64,000 nt of DNA from Candidatus Thermosaccharophagus tengchongensis (GTDB lineage: Bacteria > Armatimonadota > Fervidibacteria > Fervidibacterales > Thermosaccharophagaceae), in the NCBI GenBank assembly GCA_032161105.1, contig JAVHTD010000002.1. The stretch is one strand, 5' to 3'. Both the position numbers and the translations under genes were made by a program. This document shows, in pieces, positions 28,101 to 37,623 of this stretch. Positions within the stretch are counted from its first letter, which is position 1. The number at the start of each line of letters is the position of its first letter. The notes beneath the pieces are model-generated. The model ran no database searches. It was not told the origin of the DNA and saw only the letters and a program-made list of their open reading frames with translations.

Positions 28101-29787
28101 GCACATCATGAGTTGGCTTGTGAATGTGGAGAGATACTTCGCAGTTCACGCAGGAAGGCGCGGCGGAACAAGATGGCTTAACCCGCGCACCGGCTGCCAT
28201 TGCCCATATGCTGGATATGCCTATCCGTTCTTGTATTTGCGCAACTTCCTTGATGAGCCGCAATTCCACGACCGATTGATCATCGGCGGCTTCATCACAT
28301 ACTGCGAGCTAATTCATCCAAGGCGAGATAACCGCAGGATGCTCGGTCCAATTAATCCGCTCGGTGAGCCAATACGCTGGATAGACAATGCTATCTCAAA
28401 GCATCCAATTGGGCAGCACAAGTATGATTGGAGCAAGCTGATTGAAAGGCTCATGGCTGAAGATGCCACCGATGAAGAAATTGACAAGTTGCTCTTCTTC
28501 GCCGAGGAAGCCGCAAGCATCCGTCCGATGGCTTTCGTTGTGCCACTCGGTTTGGCACTTGGCTGGTATGATCCTAAAGCCCCGTCAGTTAAGTTTGATG
28601 AGCTGCCGCCGACTGTTCTCTTTGATGGTGAGGGTGAAGTTGTCATGCGCTCGGATTGGTCTGATGAACTCACGGAGATTTGGTTTGCCTGTGGCGTCCG
28701 TGACCATGTATATCGCCATCAGCCAACGCATCTTCAGATTGCCAAGGCGGGAGAGTTCCTGCTCGGAACACTCTCAAGTTACGGTGATGATGGCAATCCA
28801 AACCCGGGCAAGTCGTGGGGCAATGTCGTCGTTATAGAGCCATCGGATTGGCTTGAGCGTTGGGGGAACAACCTCTCGCATCCGCGTGCCGAGGAGCTGC
28901 CCGTTATCATGCGCTTCTCCGATTCCACATTCCGATACATAGCAAGGGATAGGCTTACAGTGGGATATGCACCAGCGGAGGGTGGTTACGGTGGTGGGCT
29001 TGACTTCCATGGTCACACCGAGTCTGTCTTCCTGCGCGAAGGCGAATTGATCGCATACGAAACGCACCCGGAATTTGACTATGTCTGTGGCGACGCAACC
29101 AATTCGTGGTTGCCGAGTCAGGCTGAAGGAGTTTACCGTCAGGTTGTTTTCATCCGACCGAATGCAGTCGTCGTTTATGACCGTGTCATTCTCGGTGATG
29201 AAGCTGAGAGGGCATTTTGGGTAGCCGCGCTTGGTGAGCAGGTTGAGCTTCGTGATGGTGGCTTTAAAGTGAAAAGCGGGAAGGCTGCCATGAATGGGTA
29301 TGTGCTCATGCCGGCTAAATCGCAGATGCAGCTTTACGACCTGTCACAGCCCAATAAATACACCACTCCGCCACCGTTCACAATCAACTGGCGGTTGCAT
29401 GACAAAGTTACAGCTCACCACAAGGTGCTTGAGATACATCCATTGGAGAGGGGGAAGGTGGTTGAGTTTGCTGTCATCATGAGCGTGGGTGTCGGCGAGG
29501 CTGAGGAGCTCTCCCCAAAGCTCAGCTTGACGCCCGAGACATGCACCATTGAATTCGCCTGCGGTGGAAATGGATACAAGGTTACATTTGCGAGGGAAGG
29601 CAACCCATCTGGCGAGTTGGTAATCAGCAACGGAAAGCGCTCCGTCAAATACAAGCTTGCGCAGTCCGTTGAAGACAGCTACCGCCATTGGAGTTCTGAC
29701 CCGAGGTTCAAAATGTGGATGACCGACAAGCGGTTTGAATTCATCATACCGGAGAGCGATAGAAGGGCGTTCGGTAAAGCGAAATGA
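25183..29787 (+). CDS. Large secreted multidomain protein: duplicated YVTN-type beta-propeller segments plus a C-terminal heparinase II/III-like region
   Basis: Signal peptide; two copies of 'GPD...FTxPIxGxVG..D.......A.D.GGY.SDI..D....VADA'; C-terminal 'VVMRSDW', 'DYVCGDATNSW', 'RQVVFIRP...VVYDRV'. Confidence 0.6.
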   Translation: MRRIRGRHLIAIWVAFVFCAALCHRVIAAQLPKTVFSLPIAGTTSVWEAEHAIKVGSADWEVRKEARASGGAYVKAVNAGRNVMLEFPVSVPNESTIMVYPLWWKHSEQMPARRFPYPIERKSGPDVIVELGRNLALFTAPISGRVGIFDIAARRPIGAIDIGGYLSDIAVDTQRGKFYVADAVGSRIVIGSTRSLSIIGEIKVPQVPWSLSSSDGMLYCASRDGMSITAIDAATDKVVAEAKLDWMPIGVSAAGKEVLVWFKSAMVDLASMRLVEPWRELDLLRRHESIEVGRPGTVGARRYSGLQDAIVIEAWTEKGYEQRKVDVKQVTGEKSIFEDVKPPLFKSAGPDAMCLIGSRLFFTSPITGKVGVVDVVKGTLEGAVDVGGYISDIVADAPRNRVLVADATNNRVVVIDAKDLKVTGSVKVDELPVMLEAFIPPGFLRGAPSLLFVACWRGRTVMAFDLSSLNLQSAIKLSFEPYHLMVFNPPSPDWWPLIPIDRLSFTALRAGLFITPAPIGLSRDELKHTRIIVPPPQYRRRVSITREVVKGVEQVISVENNHTVRIALRDAQRGYLTSEWVDVSDITDHQLLPSDAPLTQLDKPGTITIALDDGPEFHWRREIWQTPTQGIFLVNETDEFWAWNAPKFRLTPGRHVIRVRAYSKYAQLDALRVRKTLHGMVRMEIYGYRETPMEQRRYQSVFYADEPVELRIELSNLLRRTQKLNLGFTISDYMGKEVVSGRRIVELEPYEKRVEVIQPRLDGTGIFSLYVRLSSFDGDMSETHYFMRLPQLTRPRMLLRREHIPDVEKRMQGYARLFERYFQWLRRQCDREGFLPAGITKATFGPKLPEAQQKLSEKGTWRRYELGWRMAITGFASLFAREPSLRQFFMERVLELLKDGRADPYCTFHHHGPFFPGAVAILFDFAAASLGDVPEVQRLRDFFRGYIGNMDVFPWTLAALDEPLSVRDRAILWHIMSWLVNVERYFAVHAGRRGGTRWLNPRTGCHCPYAGYAYPFLYLRNFLDEPQFHDRLIIGGFITYCELIHPRRDNRRMLGPINPLGEPIRWIDNAISKHPIGQHKYDWSKLIERLMAEDATDEEIDKLLFFAEEAASIRPMAFVVPLGLALGWYDPKAPSVKFDELPPTVLFDGEGEVVMRSDWSDELTEIWFACGVRDHVYRHQPTHLQIAKAGEFLLGTLSSYGDDGNPNPGKSWGNVVVIEPSDWLERWGNNLSHPRAEELPVIMRFSDSTFRYIARDRLTVGYAPAEGGYGGGLDFHGHTESVFLREGELIAYETHPEFDYVCGDATNSWLPSQAEGVYRQVVFIRPNAVVVYDRVILGDEAERAFWVAALGEQVELRDGGFKVKSGKAAMNGYVLMPAKSQMQLYDLSQPNKYTTPPPFTINWRLHDKVTAHHKVLEIHPLERGKVVEFAVIMSVGVGEAEELSPKLSLTPETCTIEFACGGNGYKVTFAREGNPSGELVISNGKRSVKYKLAQSVEDSYRHWSSDPRFKMWMTDKRFEFIIPESDRRAFGKAK

Positions 29788-29814
29788 AACTGTGGTTGAG
29801 GGGCAGTTGGGCAA

Positions 29815-31395
29815 ATGGAGCTTGATAAGGGTAAGCTCATCCGATATGTTGAGAGGAGCAACGAGCGGTTTTATTTCCACTATGGCGAGGGTTTCCTGTG
29901 GGAGAAATTGCCGGTCGGAACGAGGGTGATTTACCCTCCGCCAACGCTTCCGCCGATTGATAACCCGAGGCAAGCAATTGAGCACGCTATTGAACACCCA
30001 TACGGGTGTGAGCCGCTTTCGGCTTTGCTCAAGCGCGGGATGAAAGTCACAATCGCTTTTGATGACATCTCGCTATCGCTCCCTCCGATGCAACGCCCCG
30101 ATGTCAGGCAGCTCGTGCTTGAAGTCGTGCTTGGTAAGCTCGCAGAAAAGGGCATTGACGACATTCACATCATTGGCGCTATCGGGCTGCACAGGAGAAT
30201 GACGCCATCGGAGATAAGGCATATCGTTGGCGAGAGGGTGTTTAAGGCTTTCTATCCGGAGCGCCTTTACAATCACGATGCCGAGGACAGGGATAACATT
30301 GCTAATCTCGGCAAGACCGAAGCCGGCGAGGATGTTGAGGTCAACAGGAGAGCCGTTGAATGCGACTTGCTCATTTATGTCAACCTCAACTTGACGCCTA
30401 TGGACGGCGGGCACAAAAGCATAGCCACTGGACTGAGCACATATTGGAGCATAAGGCACCATCACAACCCGAAGGTGCTGCTAAAGACATCGCTCATGGA
30501 TGTGCGCCAATCGGAAATGCATCGCTCAATTGAGCGCATAGACAGGGTCATACATGAGCATGTGCGCGTCTTCCACATTGAGACGACAATCAACAATGCA
30601 ACATTCCCATGGTATCTGCTTTACCTGCAAAAGGGAGAGCATGAGCACGCCCTCATTGACAGGCTCAACTTTCACATCAGCCGAGGGGCGCTCATGTTGA
30701 TGCCTGTAGGTTGGCGGCGTGTCATATTCCATGCGACTCGTGCGCCATACAGGATGACGAGTGTTCAAGCCGGTGATGTTGAGGAGGCGCACAAGGAAAC
30801 GCTCAAACACTTATACGAGCAGCAGGTGGTGCCAGTTGAAGGGCAATGCGACATCTTGGTTGCGGGCATGCCATACCTTGGACCATACAATGTCAACTCC
30901 ATCCTCAACCCCATACTCGTCAACGCTCTCGGACCGGGCTACATTTTTCACCTGTTCATCAACAAGCCATTGGTTCGTGAGGGTGGCGTGCTCATCTTCA
31001 CCTATCCTTTGCACGAGGATTTCCATCCGATCCATCAAGTGCCTCACAGGGATTTCTACGAGCTCGTTTTAAAGCGCACACGCAACATTGACGAAATAGC
31101 TGCGTATGAGGAGGAGTTTGCCACCAACCCGAGGTATGTTGAGCTGTATCGCCATTCATACTCGTTTCACGGTGCGCACGCGCTATTTGACTGGTATTGG
31201 GGCTATAGGGCACAGCGCTATTTGAGCAAGATAATCGTTGTCAAGCCGAAGGTGAAGCGTGTCGCCGAAGTCCTCGGTTACGAAGCTGCTGGCAGCCTTG
31301 AGGAGGCAATTGAGATGGCGAAAGAGGCAGTCGGCTATAACCCGAGCATAACTTACTTCCACATGCCCCCCATATTCATCTGCGAGGTGAAATGA
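29815..31395 (+). CDS. Lactate-racemase (LarA/DUF2088) domain protein
   Basis: 'VTIAFDDIS', 'AIGLHRRMT', 'NHDAED', 'GGHKS'. Confidence 0.8.
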   Translation: MELDKGKLIRYVERSNERFYFHYGEGFLWEKLPVGTRVIYPPPTLPPIDNPRQAIEHAIEHPYGCEPLSALLKRGMKVTIAFDDISLSLPPMQRPDVRQLVLEVVLGKLAEKGIDDIHIIGAIGLHRRMTPSEIRHIVGERVFKAFYPERLYNHDAEDRDNIANLGKTEAGEDVEVNRRAVECDLLIYVNLNLTPMDGGHKSIATGLSTYWSIRHHHNPKVLLKTSLMDVRQSEMHRSIERIDRVIHEHVRVFHIETTINNATFPWYLLYLQKGEHEHALIDRLNFHISRGALMLMPVGWRRVIFHATRAPYRMTSVQAGDVEEAHKETLKHLYEQQVVPVEGQCDILVAGMPYLGPYNVNSILNPILVNALGPGYIFHLFINKPLVREGGVLIFTYPLHEDFHPIHQVPHRDFYELVLKRTRNIDEIAAYEEEFATNPRYVELYRHSYSFHGAHALFDWYWGYRAQRYLSKIIVVKPKVKRVAEVLGYEAAGSLEEAIEMAKEAVGYNPSITYFHMPPIFICEVK

Positions 31396-31396
31396 G

Positions 31397-32275
31397 TTGC
31401 TGCGCCCGGATGTTGCGATAATCGCCAACCCAATCGCAGGGCGCGGCAAGGCAAAGCGGCTCGCAGACCAATTGGCGAGTGAGCTTTCGCTGCTTGGCAT
31501 ACGCTCACAATTGCACTGGACGGTTGAGCGCGGTCATGCGGAAGTTTTGGCGAGGGGTGAGGTGAAGAAGGGGATAGGTTGCATAGCCGTTTGCGGCGGC
31601 GATGGCACAGTTAATGAAGTGGTTAATGCGCTCGCATGGAGTGATGTCCCGTTAGCTATCCTTCCGGGGGGAAGATGTAACGACCTTGCGAAGGCGTTGC
31701 GTATCCCATGCTCAGCCAAATACATAGCCAATTCAATAGCGAGGATGAAAACCATGCGAATTGACCTTGGCGAAATTGGCGGAAGGGCTTTCGCAACTGT
31801 GGCGACGCTCGGATTTGATGCCGAAGTCTCACGCATCGTATCCGAGGGTGAAATGCGAGTTCACGGGATGCCGGCGTATGTGCTTGCAGCGCTCCGTCTG
31901 CTTGCGACTTATAACTTCCCGCAAGTTCGCATTGAAGCCGACTTTGGAGAATTCAATGGCAGGATACTCCTTGCAGCCACCGCAAACACACCTGCTTATG
32001 GCGGCGGGATGGTAATAGCACCGCAGGCTAATGTGATGGATGGGTTGCTTCACATGTGCCTGATAAGGGCGGCTCCAAAGGTGACGATACTGATTTTATT
32101 CCCGGCCGTGTTTTTTGGCTGGCACAGATTTCACAGCGCAGTCTCAAGCCATACTGTTACCAATGTTAAAGTCAGCTCACCACAGCAGCTTTGGCTATAT
32201 GCAGACGGTGAGAAGATGCGCCCGACGCCGACAACCATTAGCGTCATGTCTAAAGCGCTTTGCGTCGTCGTTTAA
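31397..32275 (+). CDS. Diacylglycerol/lipid kinase family protein (YegS/BmrU-like)
   Basis: 'IIANPIAG', 'CGGDGTVNEV', 'LPGGRCNDLA', 'GFDA', 'YGGGM', 'ADGE'. Confidence 0.92.
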   Translation: MLRPDVAIIANPIAGRGKAKRLADQLASELSLLGIRSQLHWTVERGHAEVLARGEVKKGIGCIAVCGGDGTVNEVVNALAWSDVPLAILPGGRCNDLAKALRIPCSAKYIANSIARMKTMRIDLGEIGGRAFATVATLGFDAEVSRIVSEGEMRVHGMPAYVLAALRLLATYNFPQVRIEADFGEFNGRILLAATANTPAYGGGMVIAPQANVMDGLLHMCLIRAAPKVTILILFPAVFFGWHRFHSAVSSHTVTNVKVSSPQQLWLYADGEKMRPTPTTISVMSKALCVVV

Positions 32276-32360
32276 GCTGCTCTGGCTGTGCATCTGATCA
32301 TTGGCGTGTCACAATTGCTGCAAAACTGCATCTCGCTCGGAAGGTGTGGGGGTGATTGAG

Positions 32361-34211
32361 ATGCACATGTGGCTTTCGCTGCTGTGTCTCTCTATGGCAT
32401 TCCATGCGGAGATAAACATACCGTCACCGGATGAATGGACAGCACTTGTGAAGAGAGCTCACCCGCGCCTTCTCGTCACCGCAGATGGCTTTGATGGATT
32501 GCGCAGGCTTATAGGGGCAAATCCGACGGCAGCTAAGTTCTACAGCTCAATCAAGCAGCAGGCTGAACGAATCCTGAACGAAACGCCATCTCGCTACGAG
32601 ATACCGGATGGCTTAAGGTTGCTTGGCGTGAGCAGGCGCGTGCTCAATCGGATTTATGTGCTCTCATTTGTGTATCACATTGACGGCGATAAAAGATGCA
32701 TTGAGCGGGCTTGGCGCGAAATTGAGGCAGCTGCTAACTTCCCCGACTGGAACCCGCGTCACTTCCTTGACACCGCGGAAATGACACATGCGTTTGCCAT
32801 TGCTTATGATTGGCTCTATGACCAGTGGAACGATGCCCAACGGCGAGTCATAGTTGACGCCATAGTTTCAAAGGGTCTTGAGCGAGCGTTGGAGGTTTAC
32901 CGCAGCCGTGGTTGGTGGTCAAGGGCAAGGCACAATTGGAATCAAGTTTGCAATGGCGGCATCGGAATGGGTGCGCTTGCCATCTTTGAAGAGCATCCGA
33001 AGCTGTGCGGGGAGATATTAACCAACGCTCTTAACTCATTGCTTTTGCCGATGGGTGAATTTGCTCCCGATGGAGCGTGGGCGGAAGGTCCCGGGTATTG
33101 GAACTACGCCACTTCCTACAATTGCGTGCTCCTTGCAGCGCTTGAAACTGCGGTCGGAACAGACTTAGGTCTGGCGAAGATGGAGGGCTTCTCCGAGACG
33201 GGTTTGTTCCCGATCTACATCACCGGTCCGCTCGGTAGAACTTTTAACTTTGCCGACGGCGGTGATGGGACTCTCCGCGCACCGCACATGTTTTGGCTTG
33301 CTCGGAAATTTAATCGCCCAGTCTATGCCTGGTATGCGAGGTCTACTGCTGCACCGCATCCGCTCGACATAATCTGGTTTGATGAGCGCGGCAATGACCC
33401 GGAAGCTGAGGGTTTACCGCTTGATAAGCACTTCCGAAAAGTTGAGGTTGTGACGATGCGCACCGCATGGAATGATAGGGAAGCCACATTCGTCGCTTTT
33501 AAAGCCGGTGACAACAGAGCCAACCACAGCAATCTGGACATAGGCACATTCGTCATTGACGCGCTCGGTTATAGGTGGGCGCTTGACCTCGGTGCCGATA
33601 ATTACAACTTGCCCGGCTACTTCGGCGCGCTTCGTTGGTCGTATTACCGCATGCGCGCTGAGGGACATAACACCATCGTGATAAACCCATCAAAGGAGCC
33701 GGACCAAGACCCAAGAGCGTTTGCTAAGGTGATTCGCTTTTCATCTCGCAAGGACTTTGCATTTGCTGTTGCCGACTTAACTCCGGCTTATTCGGCTCAT
33801 GCAGCCAGCGTCCTGCGGGGCGTCATGTTGATGCGTGGCGCAAATGGCGATGCCATCCTCATCCAAGATGAGATTGAGCTGAAACAGCCGGGGGAGGTAT
33901 ATTGGTTCATGCATACGCCGGCTCAAGTGCAAGTTGATGGAGCTACGGCAATATTGCATCAAGGCGATGCAAGGCTTTGGTGCCGCATAATCTCGCCAAG
34001 CAATGCCCAATTCACAGTCATGGATGCAAAGCCGCTTCCGTCATCGCCAGACCCGAAGGGACAAAACCCAAACGCCGGTGTGCGCAAGCTCGCCATACAC
34101 TTCAGTGGCGTTAAGGAGCTGCGCTGCTGTGTCATTCTCATCCCGTTGCCCAAGTCGCATGAGCCGCCAAAGGAGCTGCCGCAAGTTAAAGCATTGAGTG
34201 AATGGCAGTGA
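32361..34211 (+). CDS. Heparinase II/III family polysaccharide-lyase-like protein
   Basis: Signal peptide; 'HPRL', 'HFLDTAEM', 'NWNQVCNG', 'EGPGYWNY', 'FNFAD', 'HSNLDIGTF', 'GHNT'. Confidence 0.8.
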   Translation: MHMWLSLLCLSMAFHAEINIPSPDEWTALVKRAHPRLLVTADGFDGLRRLIGANPTAAKFYSSIKQQAERILNETPSRYEIPDGLRLLGVSRRVLNRIYVLSFVYHIDGDKRCIERAWREIEAAANFPDWNPRHFLDTAEMTHAFAIAYDWLYDQWNDAQRRVIVDAIVSKGLERALEVYRSRGWWSRARHNWNQVCNGGIGMGALAIFEEHPKLCGEILTNALNSLLLPMGEFAPDGAWAEGPGYWNYATSYNCVLLAALETAVGTDLGLAKMEGFSETGLFPIYITGPLGRTFNFADGGDGTLRAPHMFWLARKFNRPVYAWYARSTAAPHPLDIIWFDERGNDPEAEGLPLDKHFRKVEVVTMRTAWNDREATFVAFKAGDNRANHSNLDIGTFVIDALGYRWALDLGADNYNLPGYFGALRWSYYRMRAEGHNTIVINPSKEPDQDPRAFAKVIRFSSRKDFAFAVADLTPAYSAHAASVLRGVMLMRGANGDAILIQDEIELKQPGEVYWFMHTPAQVQVDGATAILHQGDARLWCRIISPSNAQFTVMDAKPLPSSPDPKGQNPNAGVRKLAIHFSGVKELRCCVILIPLPKSHEPPKELPQVKALSEWQ

Positions 34212-34271
34212 AGGAGAGAGGATCAGCGGCTCCATATGACTTCCGCAAATGGATGAGGATGAGCATTCAAT

Positions 34272-34961
34272 TCATCGCTGCAGCATCTCTGCAGCTGCGC
34301 GTGCATTCCTGATAAACTGCTCCATGAGTGCGGCATCCTTCACACCCTTACAGCGCTCAACGCCGCTTGAAACATCAACTCCCCAAGGGCGAACAAATTT
34401 TATGGCATCCCCGACATTGCTTGGGTTTAGTCCGCCAGCAAGCATTGTTCGCCCATCAAGGTTCTCGTTGATGAACTTGGCATACTCCCAATGTGAAAGC
34501 GTTCCAGTCCCCCCGGGGATGCCCTTCGCCGGCGATGCATCAAGCAGGATTACATCGCTTCCGGCTTTGACATACTGCTCAGCTAATTTGAGCAACTCCT
34601 TTGCGGATGTTGGCTCAAAGCGCTCTTCAGCGCTTGGCAGCTTTATCGCCTTCCAAACACCGCAATCAATGGCGCCCTTCAGTCGGCTAACGGTTTCCAG
34701 CGGTTCCTCACCGTGAAGTTGCAGGGCTGCCGGCTTAACCTCATCTGCCACTTTGAGCAATTTCTCAAACTGCATGTTGACCGTCACCGCAATCACAGGC
34801 AATGGCGAAATGCATGACAGCTCTGCAGCGCGCGATAAGCTTTGCGAGCGAATGGCTCCGGGAACTTCCACAACTATGCCTATGTAATCCGCACCGCAGG
34901 ATGCAGCCGTTGTTATGTCGGCGGCGCTTGTCATGCCGCAGATTTTGACGACGATGCTCAT
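34272..34961 (-). CDS. trpF: Phosphoribosylanthranilate isomerase
   Basis: 'VKICG', 'QLHGEE', 'LLDA', 'GGTG', 'LAGGL', 'DVSSGVE'. Start at ATG 34961 behind GAGGTGG. Confidence 0.92.
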   Translation of the reverse strand: MSIVVKICGMTSAADITTAASCGADYIGIVVEVPGAIRSQSLSRAAELSCISPLPVIAVTVNMQFEKLLKVADEVKPAALQLHGEEPLETVSRLKGAIDCGVWKAIKLPSAEERFEPTSAKELLKLAEQYVKAGSDVILLDASPAKGIPGGTGTLSHWEYAKFINENLDGRTMLAGGLNPSNVGDAIKFVRPWGVDVSSGVERCKGVKDAALMEQFIRNARAAAEMLQR

Positions 34962-35031
34962 TGCGCACTCCACCTCGTTTTGAGCCTTTAGAGCAAAGTT
35001 CGTCCGTTGGGGAATGGGTCTTCGTCGGACT

Positions 35032-36249
35032 TTACCGTGGTGGCGTGACAAGGATGCTCATCGCAGCACCGCTCTTATCAACCGAGTTGATTAGCACAGG
35101 TTTATCGCCATCCCATGCCATCGGCTTTTCCGTGATTAGCCATATGTTTGCGCAAGGCGTTGTTGTGAAGAGAGTTGGCGGTATACTGCGGTATGCGAAT
35201 GACGCGATGGCAACACAAATGCTTAAAGCGCTCCCAGCACCAACAGTTTCTCCAAATGCGGCTTTCGGACTGCTCACCGGGATTGCGTTGCCAAAGAGGC
35301 ATTCCACTGCTACGGCTTCAGCATCATCAATTCTTTTTGAACCATTCGCCGATGCACATATCCAGCCAACTTGACTCGGCTCAACTCCGGCTGACTGCAA
35401 TGCCCCCTTCATGCTCCTCAGGATGGCATCGGAGATTGAGCTTTCGCTGTCAGCATCTAATGCCTGTGCGGCACCAATGCCACCTATGCAACCGAGCACA
35501 TTCGCACAGCGCTGCTTTGCTGCATCCTCATCTTCAAGCAAGAGCATGCAGGCACCTTCACCCATCACCCAGCCATTGCGTGAGGCGTCAAACGGTCGCA
35601 TTATCTCTTCTCCGCCATCATTCGGCGAGAGTTCGCCAGCCAAATAGTTAGCCATGAACTGAAGCGCAGAGAATGCCTCGGAGCCTCCGGCGAGTATTCT
35701 CCTTGCAAGTGAGCGCTTTATCGCCATTGTCCCGTTGGCTATCGCCTGCGCACCGGACAACATTCCGGCGCTGCAGCAGGAGTGATAGCCTTTGAGATTG
35801 AATTCAATTGCTGCGAGGCTTATCGGCGTGTTCATGTATGCGTGTGTGAACATGATTGAGCTTGCGCCCCTGAAGCCGCGCTTGAGTATGCGCTCCCAGA
35901 AGATGAGCATGCTATCCTCACATCCGTATGCGGTGCCGTGGCATATACCAAAGCTCGGCGCATCGTCCTCGGTCACTTCAATGCCCCCGTCCTTGAGCGC
36001 GAGCCAGCATGCAGCAATTGTCAGCGCCGAGCATCTGTCAAGGTATGCCTTTTTTGTGGGTAGCAACTCATCAAGCGGCTTCTTTATCAGGTAGGCGGTG
36101 CGGCTGCGCAGCGCTGTTAGCTCAAGCCCTTGAACGCTTTGGAGTTGGTCTGCACCGCATTTGCACGAGAAGAGGTTGCGAGCAAACTCATCCAGCTGTG
36201 TCCCTATGGATGTGATAATTCCCACGCCAGTTATCGCCACCCTACCCAT
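35032..36249 (-). CDS. Catalytically inactive beta-ketoacyl synthase homologue (chain-length-factor-like)
   Basis: KS fold motifs 'VAITGVG', 'RPFD...GEGA'. The catalytic C/H/H positions read SAGMLSG, CASANGS and GETVGA. Confidence 0.8.
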   Translation of the reverse strand: MGRVAITGVGIITSIGTQLDEFARNLFSCKCGADQLQSVQGLELTALRSRTAYLIKKPLDELLPTKKAYLDRCSALTIAACWLALKDGGIEVTEDDAPSFGICHGTAYGCEDSMLIFWERILKRGFRGASSIMFTHAYMNTPISLAAIEFNLKGYHSCCSAGMLSGAQAIANGTMAIKRSLARRILAGGSEAFSALQFMANYLAGELSPNDGGEEIMRPFDASRNGWVMGEGACMLLLEDEDAAKQRCANVLGCIGGIGAAQALDADSESSISDAILRSMKGALQSAGVEPSQVGWICASANGSKRIDDAEAVAVECLFGNAIPVSSPKAAFGETVGAGSALSICVAIASFAYRSIPPTLFTTTPCANIWLITEKPMAWDGDKPVLINSVDKSGAAMSILVTPPR

Positions 36250-36266
36250 ATCCTCAGTTCACTCCC

Positions 36267-37478
36267 TCAATGTCCATTGTATCGTCTGAGCACGACGGCG
36301 CTGTTGTTGCCACCAATCCCAGCCGATATTGAGATGGCGATGTTGACCTTATGCTCCCTTGCCACATTTGGGACATAGTCAAGATCACATTCCGGGTCTG
36401 GCTCCTCATAATTCAGCGTTGGCGGAACAACGCCTTCATTGATCGCTTTTATCGTCGCGATGGCTTCAACGCTCCCTGCAGCAGCCATGACATGTCCAAC
36501 TGCCGCCTTGATTGAGCTGACAGGGATCTCGTAAGCCCTCCTTTTAAGCACGGCTTTTATTGCGTGCGTCTCTTCGGGGTCATGGGGCTGCGTCCCGGTG
36601 CCATGTGCGTTGATGTAGTCAATCTGCTCCGGGGACACATTGCTATCCTCAAGCGCTTGCTTAAGGACTCGTATCATTCCCTCACCCTCTTTGCTTGGGG
36701 CTGTCAAGTGATAGGCATTGCTGTTCAGCGCATATCCCATCACTTCGGCATAGATGTGCGCTCGTCTTTCCTTTGCGTGCTCTTCAGCTTCAATGACAAG
36801 CGCTCCGGAGCCCTCACCGAATATTGTCCCGCTGCGCCGCCTGTCAAATGGGCGTATCAACTCTGGCGTTATTGTTCCGAGTATGCTTAAGCCGCCGAGC
36901 GCAAACCGAGAGAGCATGTCGTGACCTTCGGCGATGACTATATCCGCCATGCCGAGCTTTATCATGTCCATCGCAACTCCTATTGCGCTCGTTCCAGATG
37001 AGCATGAGTTTGACAGCGTCATCATCGGTCCGAGGAAACCAAACTTTGAAGCCACATAGCGCGCTGCGAAGTCAAAGGCGAATTGCTCAAACTGATTTGC
37101 ATTGACCTGTTGACCCAAAAGCCATCCCGATGCGAACTCTTCCCATCTCCCAGCACCACCGAAGTTGGTTGAAAAGACAAGCCCGACCTTCATTCGCTCA
37201 TCATCGCTCAGCTCAAGCAGCCCCGCATCATTTGCAGCCTCAAGGCATGCGAGATACGCAAACAAAGTTGCCTCATCAATGTCCTCGTCGGGAAGAGGCG
37301 CATTGGAAAGCACTTCCTCTTTCACCTCGCCAGCATTCTCATTCCTGAGCCCTGTCGGATCAAACCGAGTTATCCTTGAGATGCCGCTTCTACCCTCAAT
37401 CAAGCCCCTCCACAGCGATTCAACTCCATAGCCGAGACAAGTTATTGCGCCCATCCCAGTCACAACGACCCTTCTCAT
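36267..37478 (-). CDS. Beta-ketoacyl-ACP synthase, FabF-like (active KS)
   Basis: 'RRVVVTGMG'; intact triad 'SNSCSSG', 'NAHGTGT', 'GHVMAAAG'; 'GIGGNN'. Confidence 0.9.
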   Translation of the reverse strand: MRRVVVTGMGAITCLGYGVESLWRGLIEGRSGISRITRFDPTGLRNENAGEVKEEVLSNAPLPDEDIDEATLFAYLACLEAANDAGLLELSDDERMKVGLVFSTNFGGAGRWEEFASGWLLGQQVNANQFEQFAFDFAARYVASKFGFLGPMMTLSNSCSSGTSAIGVAMDMIKLGMADIVIAEGHDMLSRFALGGLSILGTITPELIRPFDRRRSGTIFGEGSGALVIEAEEHAKERRAHIYAEVMGYALNSNAYHLTAPSKEGEGMIRVLKQALEDSNVSPEQIDYINAHGTGTQPHDPEETHAIKAVLKRRAYEIPVSSIKAAVGHVMAAAGSVEAIATIKAINEGVVPPTLNYEEPDPECDLDYVPNVAREHKVNIAISISAGIGGNNSAVVLRRYNGH

Positions 37479-37623
37479 CTTCAGTTCACCTCATTTGCGG
37501 CTTGTTCCATCAATGTGACATGCGGGTGGCTAACCATGTTGCGCTGTTCACCCTCGGGCATTCATGGGAGCGCTGTTGGGCAAATTAAGCGGGATTGATT
37601 GGCGCCTCAAGTGAAGCAAGTCA

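Noticed and set aside
34962..35051. Extended ORF-track starts (trpF 35051; also pfkB 12417, pilM 15588, ftsZ 62577)
   Set aside because: They overlap neighbouring genes or promoters, or precede the family N-terminal motif; better downstream starts exist.
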